This document shows positions 8,604 to 15,647 of a DNA stretch of 17,408 nucleotides, piece by piece. This stretch comes from Promethearchaeota archaeon (GTDB taxonomy: Archaea > Asgardarchaeota > Lokiarchaeia > Sigyniarchaeales > SOKP01): NCBI GenBank assembly GCA_048938005.1, contig JBHLMQ010000008.1, positions 1 to 17,408 on the forward strand, in the 5' to 3' direction. The number at the start of each line of letters is the position of its first letter. Positions within the stretch are counted from its first letter, which is position 1. The position numbers were made by a program, and so were the translations under genes. The notes beneath the pieces were generated by a model. That model was not told the origin of the DNA, did not search any database, and worked only from the letters and a program-made list of their open reading frames with translations.

Positions 8604-9020
8604 ATGAGTCCGAGACCCGCACGGATACGCCGTCGTATGGTACGTCGAGCCGTTCGCGCTCCTATAAAACGTAATATTAGGAGAGCTCGAAGGATTCTAT
8701 GGCGTACTACAAGACGTTTGATTCTAGGAACATCTATAATATTATTGATAGGGGGAAGTTATGGAATTTATAAATTAACTCAAAATGATGTTAAAAGAAT
8801 TGAACAAGAAACCGGAAAATCAGCAGAAAATATGACTGAAGCAGAATTAAAGGCTGCCATGAAAAGATTGGATATACAAAAATTAGAAATTACACCTGAA
8901 GACGAGATGGAAATTAATAAAGTTGGTGGTGAAGTAGAAACTAAAAGATTTTGCCAATATTGTGGCGCTCAACTCGATTCAAGCGCTAAATTTTGCCCTA
9001 GTTGTGGACAAAAGGTTTAA
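8604..9020 (+). CDS. Arg-rich N-terminus, hydrophobic segment, acidic helical domain and C-terminal zinc ribbon
   Basis: GAGGTGA RBS just upstream of the ATG; 16 Arg in the first 38 aa; LILGTSIILLIGGSYGIY hydrophobic stretch; C-terminal CQYCG-x7-FCPSCG zinc ribbon. Confidence 0.85.
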   Translation: MSPRPARIRRRMVRRAVRAPIKRNIRRARRILWRTTRRLILGTSIILLIGGSYGIYKLTQNDVKRIEQETGKSAENMTEAELKAAMKRLDIQKLEITPEDEMEINKVGGEVETKRFCQYCGAQLDSSAKFCPSCGQKV

Positions 9021-9088
9021 ATTCTTTTAGATTTCGATTTTTTTATAATAAGATTTATTAATTTATAGAACATCTTTTTAAAAAAGAG

Positions 9089-9231
9089 TGCCGGTGGAGG
9101 GGCATGATCCCTCGACCTTTCTCCAGCAAAGATATCGCATCTTTCCCTCCAGATGACTCATTCATAGAGTCTGACCCAATTTTTCAGAAGGACTATGAGT
9201 CTGGCGCTATAACCAACTAAGCCACACCGGC
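9089..9231 (-). tRNA. tRNA-Met(CAT), elongator type, with two introns (37/38: 9155-9193, 39 nt; 43/44: 9119-9148, 30 nt)
   Basis: Acceptor stem GCCGGTG/CACCGGC plus A73, anticodon stem CCAGA/TCTGG, CAT at 9197-9195, variable loop AGGTC, T-stem GAGGG/CCCTC. Removing the two inserts gives a 74-nt cloverleaf. No encoded CCA. The GCC start argues against initiator (A1) or Ile2 identity. Confidence 0.88.
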
Positions 9232-9247
9232 ATTTATATTCCAATAA

Positions 9248-9350
9248 AGCCCCCGGCGGGATTTGAACCCGCGACCTATAAGCTCAAAAGGATATTTTCC
9301 TTATGAATTGCCTTACCAAGGCAACGCTCTACCACCTAAGCAACGGAGGC
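9248..9350 (-). tRNA. tRNA-Thr(GGT) with a 30-nt non-canonical intron at 43/44 (9278-9307)
   Basis: GCCTCCG/CGGGGGC plus U73; anticodon arm TTGCC-TT-GGT-AA-GGCAA; T-arm GCGGG-TTCAAAT-CCCGC. The insert forms a BHB-like motif (helix AGGC/GCTT, bulges AA|T and AT|A, intron stem TCA-AAGGA/TCCTT-TGA). Mature length 73 nt. Confidence 0.93.
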
Positions 9351-9380
9351 GTATTCTAATAAACTAATTAATTGTTGCTA

Positions 9381-9396
9381 AATTAAAAATTTTTTT
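9381..9396 (-). promoter_or_regulatory. Putative BRE/TATA promoter of the tRNA-Thr/tRNA-Met dicistron
   Basis: Minus strand reads AAAAAAA-TTTTTAATT about 30-45 nt upstream of tRNA-Thr. The tRNAs are 16 nt apart and an oligo-T tract follows tRNA-Met. The AT-rich background lowers specificity. Confidence 0.4.
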
Positions 9397-9456
9397 ACAA
9401 GGCATTTTACAAATTAAAAAAAAAGAGTTAAGAATTTTTTATTTTTACATTTAAAA

Positions 9457-10131
9457 TTAAGCGATAAATAACGAACCTAGAACAATATAGAATTGTGCCA
9501 TCAAATAAGTAGTAATGATGATTAATCTTGCGTTTTTAACTTCTCCGCCCCATTTATCTAATCCTATTGTCGCATCAGAAAATATAAAAGATAATGAACC
9601 GATAAAAATTAAAATGGAAGGTAATGCTTGATCTGTTGCTAATCTTATTAACGCAGCCACATTCATTAATACTATTGCAATCATATAAACTATAACAGGG
9701 ATCTTCAGGTCTCCAGTTTTATTAATGAATCTTGGCACCATAAAAGCCAGTATTAATATTGTTGGACCTATTAATAGTAATCCCCATGAATTAAATGCTG
9801 CATAGTTAGTGATGGATAAGAAGAACGATATAATATAGAAAATCTGATTAATTAAGAAAGCACCCATTCCATATATAAACCATTTATCTTGATCCTTAAG
9901 CATCAATAAGATATCTCCAGCACACCCTCCTATTAATGCTACAACAATTAACCAGTCTACGCGAGTTATAGTTGCTGTCGCTTCAAATACGCCAAAAATA
10001 TAAAATAAAATCAATAACGGCATTAAGAGTGGCTTGACAGTATAAATGATTTTTCTGTTACCCTTATGTTCCCCATATCCGTCTATTATAGCAATAATGA
10101 AGAATATAACTAAAAAGATGTATTCAATCAT
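9457..10131 (-). CDS. yhhN: YhhN/TMEM86 family membrane protein (lysoplasmalogenase-like)
   Basis: Multi-TM protein with family motifs 'KPLLMPLL', 'AL....AGDILL', 'F..GM.AFL...IFYI', 'PV.VY..AI..M', 'G...F.FSD..I' and 'TY..AQ..I'. Confidence 0.88.
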   Translation of the reverse strand: MIEYIFLVIFFIIAIIDGYGEHKGNRKIIYTVKPLLMPLLILFYIFGVFEATATITRVDWLIVVALIGGCAGDILLMLKDQDKWFIYGMGAFLINQIFYIISFFLSITNYAAFNSWGLLLIGPTILILAFMVPRFINKTGDLKIPVIVYMIAIVLMNVAALIRLATDQALPSILIFIGSLSFIFSDATIGLDKWGGEVKNARLIIITTYLMAQFYIVLGSLFIA

Positions 10132-10246
10132 AATTTTTCACAAAAGAGATGTTTTGTTTAATTTTATTGTATTAAATAAAAAATGTATAAATAATTTTAG
10201 GATTTATATTCAGAGATTTGTAATTTCTACACGATGAATATCATTA

Positions 10247-10305
10247 CGAAAGATTTATATATGAAAGATGATATTTGTTCTATGTCGAACGTTCGATATC
10301 GAACA
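10247..10305 (+). promoter_or_regulatory. BRE/TATA promoter followed by a tandem 14-bp palindromic operator (likely MarR site)
   Basis: CGAAAGA-TTTATATA (10247-10261), then GTTCTATGTCGAAC (10277-10290) and the perfect palindrome GTTCGATATCGAAC (10291-10304), spanning the expected transcription start upstream of a MarR-containing operon. Confidence 0.7.
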
Positions 10306-10341
10306 TTCGAAATCAAACCAATAAAAATGAAGGAAGGTATT

Positions 10342-10488
10342 ATGGATATAATGTCATTTTATTTCGAAATCGAATATTTTGGAAATGGAAAACATCCAAT
10401 TTCCCCCTTAAAAGAAAATTTTAAAGAAACAAGTATTCCAAAAGCAGCTAACTTTAAATTAAATAATGAAGTTGAAAGAGATGAATAA
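10342..10488 (+). CDS. Possible small hypothetical protein (48 aa) leading the PNPOx/MarR operon
   Basis: ATG at 10342 preceded by AGGAAGGT. The longer 84-aa version from 10234 runs through the promoter/operator and is unlikely. No recognisable domain. Confidence 0.35.
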   Translation: MDIMSFYFEIEYFGNGKHPISPLKENFKETSIPKAANFKLNNEVERDE

Positions 10489-10517
10489 AATCAAAATAAT
10501 ATTAAGAGGTACGAAAA

Positions 10518-10988
10518 ATGGAAATAGATGAAGTAAAAAAATTAAGTTTGGAGTTAATAGAAACGTCTAAAGCAGCTTATCTAACAACTATCGATGTTGA
10601 AGGATTTCCAATTACGAGAGCAATGTTTAACTTAAGAAATAAGGAACAATTTCCAGAGTTTTCTGAATTTTTTCAAAAACAAGAAAATTCATTTGTTATT
10701 TATATAGGAACCAATACATCTTCTTCTAAAGTTGCTCAAATAAAGGAAAATCCAAAAATTAGTGTATATTATTGTGATCCAGAAAATTTTAAAGGAGTTA
10801 TGTTTGGAGGAGAAGTGGAAATTGTTGATGACATTGATATAAAACGAAAAATTTGGCTAGACTGGTGGACTAGATATTACCCTAATGGTTTGGAGGATCC
10901 TGATTATACTCTACTTAGACTACATCCCAAAAATGCAAGATTTTATTATAAATTAAATCAAGTTGAATTTAAACCAGGAGAAAAATAA
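10518..10988 (+). CDS. Pyridoxamine 5'-phosphate oxidase-like FMN-binding split-barrel protein (general stress protein 26-like)
   Basis: Motifs 'AYLTTID.EGFP.TRAM', 'TNTSSSKVAQIKENPKISVYY', 'W.DWW.RYYP.G.EDPDY.LL'; GAGGT RBS upstream. Confidence 0.88.
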   Translation: MEIDEVKKLSLELIETSKAAYLTTIDVEGFPITRAMFNLRNKEQFPEFSEFFQKQENSFVIYIGTNTSSSKVAQIKENPKISVYYCDPENFKGVMFGGEVEIVDDIDIKRKIWLDWWTRYYPNGLEDPDYTLLRLHPKNARFYYKLNQVEFKPGEK

Positions 10989-11440
10989 TGGAAGAGTTGA
11001 AAGAAGGAGGATTTTTAATAACAAAGATTCGTCAATTATCAAGCCGTATTTTTGCCAAATTGCTAAAAGAATATAAAATTCATGAAATTAACCCCGCTCA
11101 AGGTAGAGTAATGTTTCCACTTTGGCGTGAGGATGATATCTCCTTCCAAGAACTTAAGAAAAGGACATCATTAAGCAAGGCGACATTATCTCATATGTTG
11201 GATAATCTTGAAAAAGCGGGGCATCTAAAACGTGTACCTTCTCAAGAAGATAAGCGAACTATTAATATTAAATTAACAAAAAAGAATAAGGAGCTACAAG
11301 ATAAATATTTTCACGTCTCTAATGAGATGACTAAGTTGTTTTATGATGGATTCTCAGAAAAAGAAATTGATGAATTTGAAAGCTATTTAAGGCGACTTTT
11401 AGACAATTTATTAATATTTAGTGAAAAAAATAAAAAATAA
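10988..11440 (+). CDS. MarR family transcriptional regulator
   Basis: 'INPAQGRVMFPLW..D.IS..EL...TSLSKATLSHMLDNLEKAG.L.R.PS.EDKR...I.LT'; TAATG stop/start overlap with the upstream gene. Confidence 0.93.
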   Translation: MEELKEGGFLITKIRQLSSRIFAKLLKEYKIHEINPAQGRVMFPLWREDDISFQELKKRTSLSKATLSHMLDNLEKAGHLKRVPSQEDKRTINIKLTKKNKELQDKYFHVSNEMTKLFYDGFSEKEIDEFESYLRRLLDNLLIFSEKNKK

Positions 11441-11626
11441 AAAAAACTTAAGTTATTTCTTTACTAAAATTTCCTTTATTTTTTCTTTTCCTCCATTGTT
11501 AAATCCTTGATTTTATCTGAATATTCTTGTAATTTTCATTTATAACTCTTATTATTTTATGAAGGCTTTTGTAAACTTTATAAGCTTTGGATCATATATT
11601 CTCAAGGCAAATCTAATCTAATAAAA

Positions 11627-14128
11627 ATGAAAAGTGTTTTTCCAATGTATAAACATCAAAAGAATTATAAAAAATTTTTAAGCGTATTAATACTTTGTAC
11701 CCTAATCTTTACCCTTACCTTCCAGATTAATCCTGGATCTATTCGTAAAAACCAAATCAATAATCTAAGAACTAGTGCAGAATATGATCCGACCGGTATA
11801 ATTGCATTGTGGGCTGGACCATTAAATACAATCCCAGCTGGGTGGAAACTGTGTGATGGTACCAGTGGCACAATAAATACAACTAATCTTTTTGTTTATA
11901 GCACTGATAGTGCAGAATTACCTGGATCCACAGGTGGTAGTACATCACATAATCATACTTACAATACAGTTCCTTACCACGATCATGGTGTAACTGGTAC
12001 GACAAGCGCTTCGCACTACCATACCTATATGAGACCAAATGTTTACTATACTAGAGGCCAGCCTTGGCCGTCCATTCCATACGACGGTTATAGTATATAT
12101 TCTACCACCACTGGTACTACAGCTACACCGCATAATCATGGTGGTTATACCACCTATACAGGTGGAACAGGCCTTCTTTATATGTCTGAACAAGAAAACT
12201 TCATCCCACCCTATTACGAGTTGGCATTTATCGAGAAGGAGACAGATGATGCTACTATTCCTGTTGGGGTGATTGTAATGTGGGCAGGTGACATAAATAG
12301 CATTCCTGCAGGTTGGGCAATTTGTAGTGGATTGTACGGAACACCTGATCTTCGGGACAAGTTCATTCGGGGAGCCCCTCCAGGTGATGATCCTGGAACG
12401 TTAGGGGGAACGGTAGCCCATAATCATACATATACGGAAATTCCCCAACATAGACATTCTATTGATTCTGCTGATGCCTCTCATAACCATGGCATGCCTT
12501 ATGGGAGGGCCAGGACAGTAGGTGCGCTGATATTAATGTCTCAAACTTATAGAATTACAACTGGCTATACTAGTTATCAAAATGCACCTCACTCACATAT
12601 TGTACCCTCCGTTGGACAATCGATTTGTACAACTGAGAATACAGACAATTTACCCCCCTATTTCGAGGTTGCGTTCATAATGAATACAGTAGTAACCAAT
12701 GCATTACCGATGGGAGTTATTAGTATGTGGGGAGATTCAATAGCGAACATACCCGCAGGTTGGAATCAATGCAATGGAACAAATAATACTCCTGACATGC
12801 TTAATAGATTTCCAAGAGGTGTAACAGATGGAGAACAACCTGGAAGTGTTGGTGGGTCTGCCACTCATCAACATATCTATAGAGAGGTTCCCCAACATAC
12901 ACACTCTATTCCAACTGATAATATGAACCATAGACACACCTATCCCATGAGGGGTTCCTTACAAGAGACTGCGGATGGGTCGATCGGTGTTTTTTGTAGT
13001 GAGTCACCGAATTGGGTTACGGGTTATACAGATTATGGTGCAGGTGCTCATGCTCATGACTTAAATCCTACAGGTTATGCAACTTGTTATACTTCGTATG
13101 CAAATAGTATTCCACCTTATGTTAAACTCATTTATATGCAAAAGATTGGGGCTATCTCCGATCCAAGTCCTGAAGATGGAGCTACGGATATTATCTATAA
13201 CCCTATATTAAGTGTAGATGTAAATGATTTAGAAGGGGATAACTTGAACGTGTCATTTTATAATGATGCTACAGATGCTCTGATTGGATGGGATTATATT
13301 GTTGGGGGACTTGGTACAGCTACAGTAATCTGGTCGGGACTCTCAAGTGGTACGACCTATTCATGGTATGTAAAAGCTGATGATGGATTAACTGTATTAC
13401 AATATGATCCTTGGTCCTTTACTACAAATTACGCTCCCAATGATCCTACAAATCCAACTCCTAATGATGGGGCTACCGATATTAGTTACACCCCTACATT
13501 AAGCGTGAGTGTATTTGATGTCGATGGAGATGATTTGACCGTATCATTTTATGATGCTTCAGATGATAGTATAATTGATACAGATAGTGTTTTAGGGGGT
13601 ACCGGTGACGCTTCGGTAATCTGGTCGGGACTCTCAAGTGGTACAACCTATTCATGGTATGCAACATCCGATGATGAGTTAAGTGTAGAACAATCTGCTA
13701 CATGGGCATTTACTACAAATTACGCGCCCAATGATCCTACAAATCCAACTCCTCATGATGGGGCTGCTAATATCGGATATAATCCTACATTAAGTGCGGA
13801 TGTAACTGATGATGACGGAGATGATTTGACAGTATCATTTTATGATGCTTCAGATGATAGCCTAATAGACTCAGTCATTGTTACAGGTGGAACTGGTACA
13901 GCTTCAGTAGACTGGTCGGGACTCTCACCTGGTACGAAATATTCATGGTACATTATAGTTGATGATGGGTTAAGTACAACTCAATCTTCAACGTGGAATT
14001 TTACAACTAGTTCTGAAGTCCCCCCTGCTATTCCATTACCAGGTTTATTTGCGGTAGGTTTAATCGTATTAGGAACAACAGGGGTATTATCTGTGATAAC
14101 TTATTTGAGACGCAAAAAGTGGAAATAA
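11627..14128 (+). CDS. Cell-surface protein: signal/TM, three phage tail-fibre collar/HxH modules, three Ig/FnIII-like repeats, C-terminal TM anchor with basic tail
   Basis: N-terminal basic plus hydrophobic signal; three repeats of P.G.I..W.G....IPAGW..C.G..(G/N)T...F ... PPY....(F/Y)(I/M); three 97-aa acidic repeats; ends PPAIPLP-hydrophobic helix-RRKKWK. The start could be M7 (11645). Confidence 0.85.
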   Translation: MKSVFPMYKHQKNYKKFLSVLILCTLIFTLTFQINPGSIRKNQINNLRTSAEYDPTGIIALWAGPLNTIPAGWKLCDGTSGTINTTNLFVYSTDSAELPGSTGGSTSHNHTYNTVPYHDHGVTGTTSASHYHTYMRPNVYYTRGQPWPSIPYDGYSIYSTTTGTTATPHNHGGYTTYTGGTGLLYMSEQENFIPPYYELAFIEKETDDATIPVGVIVMWAGDINSIPAGWAICSGLYGTPDLRDKFIRGAPPGDDPGTLGGTVAHNHTYTEIPQHRHSIDSADASHNHGMPYGRARTVGALILMSQTYRITTGYTSYQNAPHSHIVPSVGQSICTTENTDNLPPYFEVAFIMNTVVTNALPMGVISMWGDSIANIPAGWNQCNGTNNTPDMLNRFPRGVTDGEQPGSVGGSATHQHIYREVPQHTHSIPTDNMNHRHTYPMRGSLQETADGSIGVFCSESPNWVTGYTDYGAGAHAHDLNPTGYATCYTSYANSIPPYVKLIYMQKIGAISDPSPEDGATDIIYNPILSVDVNDLEGDNLNVSFYNDATDALIGWDYIVGGLGTATVIWSGLSSGTTYSWYVKADDGLTVLQYDPWSFTTNYAPNDPTNPTPNDGATDISYTPTLSVSVFDVDGDDLTVSFYDASDDSIIDTDSVLGGTGDASVIWSGLSSGTTYSWYATSDDELSVEQSATWAFTTNYAPNDPTNPTPHDGAANIGYNPTLSADVTDDDGDDLTVSFYDASDDSLIDSVIVTGGTGTASVDWSGLSPGTKYSWYIIVDDGLSTTQSSTWNFTTSSEVPPAIPLPGLFAVGLIVLGTTGVLSVITYLRRKKWK
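11786..13144 (+). repeat. Three tandem ~145-150-aa tail-collar/needle repeats, each with four HxH motifs
   Basis: Repeats at aa 54-204, 211-353 and 360-506. HxH motifs: HNH/HDH/HYH/HNH; HNH/HRH/HNH/HSH; HQH/HTH/HRH/HAH. Confidence 0.9.
13154..14011 (+). repeat. Three 291-bp (97-aa) Ig/FnIII-like stalk repeats
   Basis: tactacaaattacgc at 13420 and 13711 (period 291); conserved protein motifs PxDGAxxI.Y.P.LS, D.(D/E)GD.L.VSFY and WSGLS.GT.YSWY. Confidence 0.92.
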
Positions 14129-14470
14129 AAATATTTAATTAAAATTACTACTTTTTTTTTTAATTTGTTTGGGTAGGTGCAAATTATAGTGCTTATATTC
14201 AAATCTTTTGAAAACAATATTTTTTAAAGAATTGCAAAGTATTGGCACCAGACTTCCATGTAATTTCCAAACTATGCATCAAGCATTTTATGCTGCTCCT
14301 TAAAGAACATTCCCCGCCCCCTCTTAAAGTGATCATAAATTCCTTTTCTGAATACTTAAAACTTGCCGCATGTAATTTTTATCCTGCCTTATGGATTTGA
14401 ATCTTTTTTCGACTCTGACATTTTAGCCCCAGTTAATACAGCAAAGTAACCAGTTAAAAAAAGAGTGTTT

Positions 14471-15343
14471 TTAATTATCCTTATTTTTAAAGTTATTTAA
14501 TAAATGAATTTTTATTTTAGGAATATTAATTTTTGGAATTTGAATTTTTGGTATTTTGATTTGAAAATTTGCAGTTTCATTGTTTTCACGCTTCTGAAGT
14601 TCATCATCCTTAATACTTGTAATATTTGTCTCTACTAACTCTAAAGAATCTATATCGTCTTTGAGTCTTAACTCAGTAATATTACTTTTATCAGCTAATT
14701 TAATAGATAGTCCTTTATTATTATTAACTTCGAGAAATTTAGACAATTTTTGAATTTTTTCATCTAATAATCCTTTATAGATCTTATAATGATTTTCTTC
14801 AATTAATAAGTCCCTAAAATCCTTTAATTTAAAAATCCAACCAGTTTGAGTATCATATAACATTCCTGTGATTTCTATATCTGGAAAGAAAACTTTAATT
14901 TTCTGTAAATTATTAATCTGATTTATAATATTACGTATTTCGTTATCAAAAGGTTTAAAGAAATTTTTTAATTCTAAAATTAGTTCTGGATATTTTGTAG
15001 ATAAATTATTAAGAAATTCATTCGGAAGTTTCTCTCTTAATTCTTTTAGATTTATCTTAGTCATCCCACAATCTGAATGTCCTAAAATAATAATAAATTT
15101 AATTTTATATTTTAAAATTGTGATTAGAATAGACCTCATCATGTCAAGAGTAAATGTATTTCCTGCATTTCTTAAAATAAATACATCTCCTGGATTAAGT
15201 TGGAATATTTGATGGACGTCTAATCTGGGGTCCATACAAGTAAGAAACAGTATAGGGTATTTAGGAATTTTTTTCTCAAACGAGTAAATTTCAGGCTTAT
15301 GAATAAGCTCATTTTGAAATTGGTAATTTCCTTCAATCAACAA
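14471..15343 (-). CDS. Beta-class carbonic anhydrase with C-terminal extension
   Basis: Zn-ligand motifs LTCMDPRL and GHSDCGM, plus RNAGN and G.LYD..TG. The frame stays open upstream of the TTG at 15343 (…LKNKFLLEDIEKL), so the real start may be a non-canonical codon near 15379-15385, behind CAGGTG. Confidence 0.9.
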   Translation of the reverse strand: MLIEGNYQFQNELIHKPEIYSFEKKIPKYPILFLTCMDPRLDVHQIFQLNPGDVFILRNAGNTFTLDMMRSILITILKYKIKFIIILGHSDCGMTKINLKELREKLPNEFLNNLSTKYPELILELKNFFKPFDNEIRNIINQINNLQKIKVFFPDIEITGMLYDTQTGWIFKLKDFRDLLIEENHYKIYKGLLDEKIQKLSKFLEVNNNKGLSIKLADKSNITELRLKDDIDSLELVETNITSIKDDELQKRENNETANFQIKIPKIQIPKINIPKIKIHLLNNFKNKDN

Positions 15344-15381
15344 TTTTTCAATATCTTCTAATAAGAATTTATTTTTCAGAA

Positions 15382-15597
15382 TTATTCTAACACCTGCCTT
15401 TGTCTACTTGAAATTATATATGCAATAGGTCCTATAAAACAAAAGCAAAATACTACGAACCCCCAACCAATTTTTTTTCCTTTTGATAAATCTATATTTT
15501 TAATAATTTTATAAAGGCAAAATATTGCTAAACTAACATTAACGCCTACTAAGATAATAATTAACGGCAGATATGGTGGGGGTATGAAACTTGACAC
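15382..15597 (-). CDS. Small membrane protein, PLDc_N (phospholipase D-nuclease N-terminal) family
   Basis: Two TM helices with 'K.GWGFVVFCFCFIGPIAYII' motif; GTG start preceded by AAGGGGA. Confidence 0.75.
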   Translation of the reverse strand: MSSFIPPPYLPLIIILVGVNVSLAIFCLYKIIKNIDLSKGKKIGWGFVVFCFCFIGPIAYIISSRQRQVLE

Positions 15598-15647
15598 TTT
15601 ATTCCCCCTTACATTTTTTATTGATAAAATATAAAAAAAAATTGAAA

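Noticed and set aside
9119-9307. Reading the 30-nt tRNA inserts as long variable arms (Leu/Ser/Sec type)
   Set aside because: The anticodons are Thr and Met (class I), a complete AGGTC variable loop remains after removal, and the inserts form BHB-like splice motifs.
10046-10341. ORF 10046-10237 and the 5' extension (10234-10341) of the 84-aa ORF
   Set aside because: The first overlaps the yhhN start and the divergent promoter region; the second runs through the TATA box and operator.
11665-12937. Overlapping ORFs 11665-11871, 11945-12193, 12039-12272 and 12737-12937
   Set aside because: Shadow frames within the 833-aa gene.
9089-14128. Provirus or island integrated at the tRNAs, suggested by the tail-fibre-like gene
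   Set aside because: No integrase, capsid, terminase or other tail genes, and I saw no duplicated tRNA 3' end. The fibre-like protein has a cellular signal peptide and membrane anchor.
11627-14128. Diversity-generating retroelement target
   Set aside because: No reverse transcriptase and no template/variable repeat pair differing only at adenines within the window; a remote DGR cannot be excluded.
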